Assembly (NCBI GenBank): GCA_944389985.1
Contig: CALXON010000182.1
Coordinates: 1-41,430, forward strand
Direction of reading: 5' to 3'
Origin: an uncultured Spirochaetaceae bacterium
GTDB taxonomy: Bacteria > Spirochaetota > Spirochaetia > Sphaerochaetales > Sphaerochaetaceae
DNA: 41,430 bases
In this document: positions 34,968-41,430 of the stretch, in pieces
Numbering within the stretch: the first letter of the stretch is position 1
Layout of the letters: each line of letters begins with the position of its first letter
Notes under the pieces: generated by a model
What the model was told of the DNA's origin: nothing
Seen by the model: only the letters and a program-made list of their open reading frames with translations
Databases searched by the model: none
Position numbers and translations under genes: made by a program

Positions 34968-36057
34968 GAGGATCAGGATACCTTCTCGTATCACCTTCAG
35001 GGGTCGTGAATATATATTCGCGGCCCTCTTTTCCTATCAGATGGTTTTCAGTGAGGATCACCTTTCCGCCCCCGTCGGGAAGGTCTATCGTGTACTGGGG
35101 CATGCCGAGACCTGAAAGCTCTGTTCTCATCTTCTTCTCGATCTCAAGTCCCTTTTCGACAGGGACTCTGAGGTGCTGTGTTCCCCTCACAAGATCACCC
35201 TGGAAGAGGTAGTATGGCTTGATCCTGTTGTAGAGCAGTCTGTTACAGAGCTCTATGAGTGTGTCAGCATCGTCATTGACTCCACGGAGAAGCACTGTCT
35301 GATTCATTGCAGGAATTCCGAGATCGAGAAATCCGTTCACTGCCCTGACCGCATCCTCAGTCAGTTCTGCGGGGTGGTTGAACTGTGTCATGAGGTAGAA
35401 CGGCGCTCCTGTCTGGTTCTTCCGTATGATGCTGAAAAGGCTGTCAGTGAAACGCTCCGGACATACTGCCACCGCACGCGTGCAGAATCTGAGGATCCCA
35501 GACGGAGCATGTGCTTTGAACGTACTCAGAAGATGATCCAGCCTCTCATCTGAGAGGGTGAACATATCGCCACCGGTGAGGAGGATCTCCTTCACCTCCC
35601 TGTGATTCTCCACATAGACTGCGGCTTTCTCTATCTCCTCTCCGGTAGCAGGACCTGTGAGAGTTCCTGTGAACCGTCTTCTGAAACAATGCCTGCAGTA
35701 TGAGAAGCATCTGTCCGTCACAAGGAAGGCCACTCTGTTGTGATAGCGGTGGATGAGTCTGCTCTCATTCTCATGTTTCTCCTCAAGAAGGGGATCCATG
35801 GTACCATCCGTGTCGGTATTCTCCAGCGCATCAGGAACGAACTGCTTTCTTATTGCGGGGATGCTGAGCATTGATGCCATATGATCTGAGATGAGAAGCG
35901 GGAGGGTGTTCTTGCCATCCTCCTTCCATCTCCTCTCGCTTTCAGTGAGATCAATGAGCTTTTCCAGTTCCTTCTCTGATGTGACCGGCATGCGGATTTT
36001 ATACCACCGAGCCCCGGAGCTCTGCAAGCGGATTATCCTTTCTGTTATACTCAGCAT
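34960..36057 (-). CDS. KamA-family radical SAM protein (lysine 2,3-aminomutase / EpmB-like)
   Basis: CFSYCRHCFRR (CxxxCxxC) preceded by HRYHNRVAFLVTDR, with EpmB-like length. The start is ambiguous (ATG 36057 or ATG 35991, MPVTSEKE). Confidence 0.8.
   Translation of the reverse strand: MLSITERIIRLQSSGARWYKIRMPVTSEKELEKLIDLTESERRWKEDGKNTLPLLISDHMASMLSIPAIRKQFVPDALENTDTDGTMDPLLEEKHENESRLIHRYHNRVAFLVTDRCFSYCRHCFRRRFTGTLTGPATGEEIEKAAVYVENHREVKEILLTGGDMFTLSDERLDHLLSTFKAHAPSGILRFCTRAVAVCPERFTDSLFSIIRKNQTGAPFYLMTQFNHPAELTEDAVRAVNGFLDLGIPAMNQTVLLRGVNDDADTLIELCNRLLYNRIKPYYLFQGDLVRGTQHLRVPVEKGLEIEKKMRTELSGLGMPQYTIDLPDGGGKVILTENHLIGKEGREYIFTTPEGDTRRYPDPLN
36043..36051 (+). promoter_or_regulatory. extended -10 element TGtTATACT, 6 nt upstream of the MFS start codon
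   Basis: TG at 36043-36044, TATACT at 36046-36051, ATG at 36058. No SD in between. Confidence 0.4.
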
Positions 36058-37341
36058 ATGGCAAATGAAAAAAAGAGCCTCTCCGGCTATTATGTTACGA
36101 CATTCCTCATCGGTCTCGGTTTCTTCACAATGGGCCTGATGGATCCTCTGTATGACAACTATGTTCCGATGTTCCTTGGAAACTACATTAAGTCATCGGC
36201 AGTCATAGGCGCAGTGATGACGCTGGACAATGTGCTGGCGGTCTTCCTCATTCCTGTCTTCTCCGCGCTTTCCGACAGGACAAGGACGAGGATCGGAAGG
36301 CGTATGCCGTATATAATCACATTGCTGCCGCTTACGGCTGTATTCTTCGCTCTCGTGCCGTTCTCGGCTCTGGAATCACTTGCTTTTCTTATCGTGACGG
36401 TATTCATGCTTAACATCTTCAAGCAGGCTGTGCGCGGTCCTGTCGTCGCTCTGATGCCTGATATGGTTCCTGCTGATCTGAGAAGCGAGGCGAACGGAGT
36501 CATAAACACGATGGGAGGACTTGCCACCATACTCGGTACTGTCGTGCTTGCAAGGCTCATGGATGTTAAGGTATTCGTTCCGGGCTACGGGGAATCGGAC
36601 AGGATACTTGCATTCCCAGTGGCATCTGTCTTCGTCATCATCGCGGTCGTGCTTCTCTTCATCTTCGTCAAGGAGAGGAAAGGAAAGGGAGAAGGCGAGG
36701 AGAAGGAGAAAAAGGAGCCTCTTCTCAAAAGCCTCAAGGCTATCTTCAGCGAGGGTGACAAGAGCGCTCTCTTCATCCTGCTCTCACTTCTTTCATGGTT
36801 CATCGCGTATCAGGGAATATTGCCGTTCATAGGTATCTATACAGTCACTGAGCTCGGTACCAGTGCAGGAACCGCAGCCCTCTCGTCCGGTATGGTGGGC
36901 ATCGCCTATGCGATATTCGCCGTTCCTTCAGGAAAGTTCGCCCACAAACATGGCAGGAAGAAGACGATAAGGATGGCTCTCGCCGCGATAGTCGTGGTCC
37001 TTCTCCTTGTATTCCTCCATGGAACACTTACAAAGAGTCTTGATCCTTCATTCCGTCTCATATCGTTCTGGATCCTGCTCTTCCTCTTCGGTATCTTCTG
37101 GGTCACCGTTGTCACGAACTCCTTCCCGATGCTCTGGCAGATGGCTGATTACTCAACCATCGGTGTCTACACAGGTGCATACTATTTCTTCTCGCAGATG
37201 GCATCGATCATCGCACCTCCGCTTGCAGGCGGTTCGATAGACCTTTTCGGCTATCCTGCACTGTTCATTTTCGGCCTTGTGTTCATGCTCGCGGCATTCT
37301 TCCTGATGGGCAATGTCACAAGAGGAGAGGCTGAGGACTGA
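36058..37341 (+). CDS. MFS transporter (GPH/SLC45-like signature)
   Basis: 427 aa, about 12 TM segments. SDRTRTRIGRRMPYI loop after TM2. A central charged loop KERKGKGEGEEKEKKE. Confidence 0.8.
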   Translation: MANEKKSLSGYYVTTFLIGLGFFTMGLMDPLYDNYVPMFLGNYIKSSAVIGAVMTLDNVLAVFLIPVFSALSDRTRTRIGRRMPYIITLLPLTAVFFALVPFSALESLAFLIVTVFMLNIFKQAVRGPVVALMPDMVPADLRSEANGVINTMGGLATILGTVVLARLMDVKVFVPGYGESDRILAFPVASVFVIIAVVLLFIFVKERKGKGEGEEKEKKEPLLKSLKAIFSEGDKSALFILLSLLSWFIAYQGILPFIGIYTVTELGTSAGTAALSSGMVGIAYAIFAVPSGKFAHKHGRKKTIRMALAAIVVVLLLVFLHGTLTKSLDPSFRLISFWILLFLFGIFWVTVVTNSFPMLWQMADYSTIGVYTGAYYFFSQMASIIAPPLAGGSIDLFGYPALFIFGLVFMLAAFFLMGNVTRGEAED

Positions 37342-37417
37342 TTATCTTCAAGAGATTAGGTTCCGATGTCTTTGAAAATGACGCTGTTGGGGTTATTATT
37401 CAGTTAAGGAGGCATTA

Positions 37418-38062
37418 ATGATCATAGCTAGGCGCATGACCCGCAATCCTGTTACAGCTACTCCTGATATGTCGGTAGGAGAAGCATCTGATCTGATGAA
37501 GAGGGAGAAGATCCACAGACTCCCCGTACTCGATAAAGACAAGAATCTGGTAGGTGTCGTGACCGAGAAAGACGTTCTGCACGCATCTCCGTCTCCCGCT
37601 TCCAGCCTTTCAATACATGAGATGGCATACCTCCTTTCAAAGCTGAAGGTGAAGGATCTCATGACCCGTGATGTCGTGACGATCACGGAGGATACGACAG
37701 TGGAGGAAGCTGCGAGACTGATGGTTGATCAGGATCTTTCCTGTCTTCCTGTCGTACAGGGCACAAAGCTTGTCGGAATCGTGACAAAGAGTGATATGTT
37801 CCGCATCCTTCTCGAGCTCTTCGGTGCAAGGCACTACGGAGTGAGAATGTCCTTCCTCGTAGAGGACAAGCCCGGAACGATTGCAAAGATAAGTGCTGTG
37901 CTTGCCGACAAGGGCCTTGATATCGTATCCTTCGGTACATTCACAGGAACCGATCCCACGAACGCGATCTGTACGATCAAGGTGCAGGGATGCACGAAGG
38001 CGGAGCTTCTGGATCTGATGAAGCCGCTGGTTGCCGAGGTTCTTGATATCAGAGAAGCTTGA
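37418..38062 (+). CDS. CBS-pair + ACT domain protein (AcuB-like)
   Basis: 214 aa. Two CBS repeats (IARRMTRNPVT..., LMTRDVVTITEDTTVEEAARLMVDQDLSCLPVV) followed by an ACT-like C-terminus. SD AAGGAGG. Confidence 0.75.
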   Translation: MIIARRMTRNPVTATPDMSVGEASDLMKREKIHRLPVLDKDKNLVGVVTEKDVLHASPSPASSLSIHEMAYLLSKLKVKDLMTRDVVTITEDTTVEEAARLMVDQDLSCLPVVQGTKLVGIVTKSDMFRILLELFGARHYGVRMSFLVEDKPGTIAKISAVLADKGLDIVSFGTFTGTDPTNAICTIKVQGCTKAELLDLMKPLVAEVLDIREA

Positions 38063-38067
38063 GGCAG

Positions 38068-39405
38068 ATGAAAGGAAAGAAGAAGACAAGGGCGGCCGAT
38101 ATAAAGCGCCGCCTTATTGATGATGAGAGGGAACCTTCTCCGTTTGCAGGCATAAAGCTTGTGGAGAAGAAGGAAGAAGAGAAGAAACCAAAGGTAAAAC
38201 CTGCTCCCTCAAAACCGAAAAAACCCTCTGAAATAGTCCAGGGCTATGATCCTTCATCATCATTTGCCGATATTCTCTATTCATTCGAACATACAGGCAA
38301 TCCATACTCGATGCCCGCCCCGAAACGGGGAGAGATGAAGAAGCCCGAGGTTGATTTCGGCACGATCCTTGACCAGTGGGAGGGGCGCGGAAAGAAGAAG
38401 CCTGAGCATAAGGCGGTGGAGACGAAGAAGAGCACATACAGTCCCACACGTTCCTTCGGTGATATCCTTGACAGCTTTGAAGGCAGGAAGCCGTCAGTGA
38501 AGAAGGAAAGCATTTCACCAGATAAGGCAGAGGAAGAAATTCCGAAAGACACGCTCTTCAGGGAAAAGGAGGAGGATGATGTCGTCTCATCATCTGTCTC
38601 ATGGACGATCTTCGGAGGAAGGAATGAGGAGTTCAGAAGGCCGGAACCTGAGAAGAAGGAAGAGAAGGCTGAGGAGACTCCAGTAAAGGAAGAGAAAAGA
38701 AAACCTCTATATAAACCGTCAAAGTCATTTGCGGACATTCTCTCTGAGTATGAGGGAGAGAGAAAGACCGTGGAGACTTCTGTTCCTTCTGTTAAGGAAG
38801 ATCCTGTTGTCAGAGATATGCCGGAGGAGAAACCTCTTTCGGAGAATCTCTTCAGGACTCCATCAGACGGAGAGAAGAGGTCAGAGGGAGTCGCGTGGTC
38901 AGTCTTCGGCGGTAATGAGAGAAAACCGGAGAGAAAGACAGAAGAGGCTGAGAGCAAGCCTGAACCGGTTTCTGAGAAGGTTCCTGTCAGACATTACAAG
39001 GCTGAGAAACCATTTTCCACTATACTCAGTGAGTATGAGACAAAGGACAGGGAGAAGACCTTTGACGAGTATCTGAAGGAGAAGGGGGATGGTGAGAGAA
39101 AGCCTGCGGTGATCACGATATCAAAGCTGCGTACAATGCCTCCACAGGCAACGCTTGATCTCCATGGTGATACCGTGAAGGAAGCTGAGGATGAGGTGAG
39201 ACGGTTTCTCTCGGAGTGTGTTGAGAACAGACTCAGAAAGATATCCATAATAACGGGAAAAGGGCTCCACAGTGAGGATGGAGTAGGTGTTCTCAGACAG
39301 ACTGCCCTGAGAATTCTTGATGAGAGCGGTATTGTGAGTGAGATCTCAAGCGCTCCGTCATCAGCCGGCGGCTCCGGAGCGCTCTGGATAATTCTTAAAG
39401 CTTAG
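38068..39405 (+). CDS. Smr-domain protein with a long repeat-containing, lysine/glutamate-rich N-terminal region
   Basis: C-terminal Smr domain ([17 protein letters not shown]...[11 protein letters not shown]). The ATG at 38068 is preferred over the track's TTG at 38059. The N-terminus carries five F-x-[DT]-IL-x-x-[FYW]-E modules. Confidence 0.8.
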   Translation: MKGKKKTRAADIKRRLIDDEREPSPFAGIKLVEKKEEEKKPKVKPAPSKPKKPSEIVQGYDPSSSFADILYSFEHTGNPYSMPAPKRGEMKKPEVDFGTILDQWEGRGKKKPEHKAVETKKSTYSPTRSFGDILDSFEGRKPSVKKESISPDKAEEEIPKDTLFREKEEDDVVSSSVSWTIFGGRNEEFRRPEPEKKEEKAEETPVKEEKRKPLYKPSKSFADILSEYEGERKTVETSVPSVKEDPVVRDMPEEKPLSENLFRTPSDGEKRSEGVAWSVFGGNERKPERKTEEAESKPEPVSEKVPVRHYKAEKPFSTILSEYETKDREKTFDEYLKEKGDGERKPAVITISKLRTMPPQATLDLHGDTVKEAEDEVRRFLSECVENRLRKISIITGKGLHSEDGVGVLRQTALRILDESGIVSEISSAPSSAGGSGALWIILKA

Positions 39406-39620
39406 CGCTCGCGGTATACGATTCTTCCCTTTGTGAGGTCGTACGGAGAAAGCTCAACCTTGACTGTGTCACCAGGAACGATCCTGATATAGTGCTTTCT
39501 CATCTTGCCTGAAAGATGGGCAAGTATTACGAGCTTGTTGGTAAGCTCAACGCGGAACATCGTGTTCGGGAGGGCTTCCTTTACCACGCCCTCTACTTCA
39601 ATTGCTTCTTCCTTAGCCAT
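39402..39620 (-). CDS. infA: translation initiation factor IF-1
   Basis: [26 protein letters not shown]...[38 protein letters not shown] lies 5 nt before the ATG at 39620, and the track's GTG at 39626 is unlikely. Confidence 0.95.
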   Translation of the reverse strand: MAKEEAIEVEGVVKEALPNTMFRVELTNKLVILAHLSGKMRKHYIRIVPGDTVKVELSPYDLTKGRIVYRER

Positions 39621-39642
39621 TTTCACTCCTAAGACTTGAGAA

Positions 39643-39671
39643 AGTATATGTATGGCAAAGTATTATGTCAA
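39643..39671 (-). promoter_or_regulatory. near-consensus sigma70 promoter of infA (TTGACA-17 nt-TATACT)
   Basis: The minus strand reads TTGACA (39671-39666), a 17-nt spacer, then TATACT (39648-39643), about 22 nt upstream of the ATG with AGGAG in the leader. Confidence 0.6.
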
Positions 39672-39681
39672 TAAAACGGTA

Positions 39682-41159
39682 TTACCTGATACGGTACCGC
39701 CTGCCCGGACCTCTGCCTTCAGCTGTGATGAGTCCTTTTGCCACCATCTCTGAGAGAATCTCCTTCGTCCTCGATGATCTGAGTCCCAGCATGTCCGCGA
39801 TCTGTGACGATGATGCGCTCACTGCACTGTCCAGATAATCGAGTATCATGTGCTCCCTCGATCTTCCGCTTATGTACGGGATACTATGTCTGTGACTTCT
39901 GAGAGGAACATATTCAGCTTCTCTCTCTTTTATGAACATGCCGGACGGAAGCTTTGTCAGAGGCAGCGTGAGCCTTACTCTCGCCGGAGTCATATCCTCC
40001 TCGATCACTGGTTCAGAAAGTCCTGATTCCCTGTATGTCCTGTATATGGCCTCAAGACCTGTACCTGCACGTTCCCCTATGTCTATCAGTGAGAACATTG
40101 TGCTTATTGCAGGATTCCTTGTATCGGATATGCCTCCCTGTTTCGCCACTTCCGGACTTATGCGGAAGCGTCCCGGGTTGGTGAATGATATGCATTCAGT
40201 TCCTCTGATGATCACCGTACCTCTCTCGCCATCGTAATCGGCATGTATGAGGGCATTGGCAAGAGCCTCCCTCACGGCTTTGTGCATTGCCGTATCATCG
40301 ACTCTGTATATTCCATCCAGCTGGAATGGCCTTCTCAGGCTCTCCTCAAGTCTCGATGAGATCCGGAAGAAGAAATCATATATGTTTCCTGACCAGTCTC
40401 CTGAGGATGAGATGATCCTGTCTGTCCATCTCATGGAAGCATCCAGCTTCTCCTGATAATCCAGAAAATACTGGCTGAAGATCTGCACGATCTCATGATG
40501 GAAACCGAACATGAGCAGTCCGGCTTTCGTCGGGTGGAACTGACCGTCATTTCCCTTTCCGACAGCACCTATCCTGTACAGGAATTCCGGTACGGAAAGC
40601 CCTGCCCACACATGATCAGGACGTTTTGCAGAGAAGAGATTGCGGTAACGTGACACAGTTTCCATCGAGAGTGAGTCAAGTCCGTTTCTCTCCAGCACCG
40701 TCCTGTCATTCGGCTCTGACGCATCCCTGATCATCCCATAGAGTTCCTTCTCTGTACATCTGTAGTCTCCGTCACCACGTCTGATGAACGTTTCTGCGTG
40801 ATCACCTTTCAGATAGACCGGCCTGTCAGTCCTGTTTGCCTGAGGAACATTGATTGCTATTATATCTTTACCGTCCACAGTATGAATTGTCACATCGGAT
40901 GGTGAGAGAATGTTCAGGCTGACTTTGTTTCTGTTAGATACAGTGTTCCAGAAATCCTTCAGGATGGCTTCCGTATCGCCGACTCCCTGAGGAATCAGCG
41001 TTCCGTCTGCTGACTCTGAGACTCCCAGAAGTATCGTTCCTCCATTTGTGTTCGCGAATGCCGATATGTTTCCCATATGCTTTTCGGAAGACTGTGTCCT
41101 GCAGTCTTCGCTTCCAGAGATGGTCCTTCCTTTCTGTCAAGAAGTGCGGCTATGTCCAT
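39682..41159 (-). pseudogene. AlbA_2 (Schlafen-like) + HATPase_c_4 + wHTH protein gene, interrupted by a 1-nt frameshift near 41063-41066
   Basis: The 464-aa ORF begins abruptly at MGNISAFANTNGGTILLGV. An upstream ORF from the ATG at 41159 (SD GGAGGAG) reads MDIAALLDRKEGPSLEAKTAGHSLPKSIWETY and then shifts frame. Joining the two gives ...LPKSIWETY/SAFANTNGG.... Downstream are REALANALIHADYDGERG and a C-terminal wHTH. Confidence 0.7.
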
Positions 41160-41306
41160 ATGAACTCCTCCTGTATCTCTTTACGCTCCATCCTGCCTTT
41201 TCTGACAGTCATCTTCTGGATTTTCTGTCATCTGGTGCGAATACGCCGGAAATGGCGAATTAAATCATGAATATATTGTATCAGACGCCGGTTCTGTCAG
41301 CACATG

Positions 41307-41334
41307 AAAAAGGGAAGGGCATCAGCCTCTTCCC
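41307..41334 (-). terminator. intrinsic terminator after the amino-acid ABC ATPase gene
   Basis: The minus strand reads GGGAAGAGGC-TGAT-GCCCTTCCC (one bulge) followed by TTTTT, 7 nt after the stop codon. Confidence 0.65.
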
Positions 41335-41340
41335 TCATGA

Positions 41341-41430
41341 TCAGAGTATATGGTTCAGGAAGTCCTGGGTTCTCTCGCTCTTGGGCGATGTGAACATCTC
41401 CTCCGGGGATCCTGTCTCGATGACCTCTCC
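41341..41430 (-). CDS. C-terminal 29 codons of an ABC transporter ATP-binding protein (polar amino-acid type); the rest lies beyond the right edge
   Basis: My translation of the minus strand gives GEVIETGSPEEMFTSPKSERTQDFLNHIL-stop. This is the typical C-terminal tail of GlnQ/ArtP-like ATPases. Confidence 0.6.
   Translation of the reverse strand, partial: GEVIETGSPEEMFTSPKSERTQDFLNHIL

Noticed and set aside
41160-41306. Non-coding stretch upstream of the AlbA_2-like gene, with three TGACAG/CTGTCA words and a 16-codon uORF, considered as a possible sRNA or operator array
   Set aside because: The repeated words are only 6-8 nt with irregular spacing. The uORF has no SD. No stable structure or terminator other than that of the neighbouring ABC gene is visible. 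The evidence is insufficient.
1-41430. Search for tRNA, rRNA, tmRNA, RNase P RNA, IS elements and integrases
   Set aside because: No intergenic gap exceeds about 315 nt. I found no T-loop or acceptor-like sequences (GGTTCGAATCC type) outside coding regions, and no transposase or integrase-like ORF in any frame.

Overview
This is a densely coding, roughly 50% G+C bacterial chromosome segment with about 38 genes and almost no long non-coding DNA. The gene content suggests a saccharolytic anaerobe. The IF-1 sequence and overall gene set remind me of Spirochaetota, but I cannot verify that from here.

Most of the window is housekeeping or metabolic:
- galK (cut by the left edge) and a RecQ-family helicase.
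- Two CUT1-type sugar ABC uptake loci, each with a binding protein and two permeases but no ATPase gene.
- A sugar-phosphate nucleotidyltransferase, a SAM methyltransferase, a MATE efflux pump and a FeoA-FeoB fusion.
- An NMT1/THI5-like ABC transporter, PepF, an RlmD-like RNA methyltransferase and an Ldh2-family dehydrogenase.
- nadE, an MBL hydrolase, polA, coaE, a KamA-family radical SAM enzyme, an MFS transporter, a CBS+ACT protein, an Smr-domain protein, infA, and the tail of an amino-acid ABC ATPase.

Three small accessory-looking insertions stand out:
1. An A+T-rich brnT/brnA toxin-antitoxin pair wedged between recQ and radC/merR.
2. An A+T-rich islet carrying a solitary AAA ATPase fused to a PD-(D/E)xK nuclease-like domain (DUF4143 type), with perfect 23-bp tandem repeats over its promoter.
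3. A frameshifted AlbA_2/Schlafen-like + HATPase_c_4 + wHTH gene.

I saw no rRNA, tRNA, CRISPR array, transposase or integrase, and no multi-gene cluster I can defend as a new defence or biosynthetic system.

The most unusual signal is non-coding. A ~55-nt element occurs twice, at 14611-14665 and 33830-33880. Both copies share an identical 10-nt 5' box and an identical 12-nt hairpin loop, but their stems differ in sequence while keeping base pairing. That pattern points to selection on a folded RNA or ssDNA. I do not recognise it as a known family.

Other points worth a second look:
- A recurrent '-10 box, 6-8 nt, ATG, no SD' (leaderless-like) architecture at six genes.
- A truncated, probably catalytically dead GH2 beta-mannosidase-like ORF.
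- A five-fold repeated short peptide module in the Smr protein.
- A MerR regulator with a C-terminal four-Cys cluster.

All functional calls rest on my own motif recognition in the supplied translations. No database search was possible.
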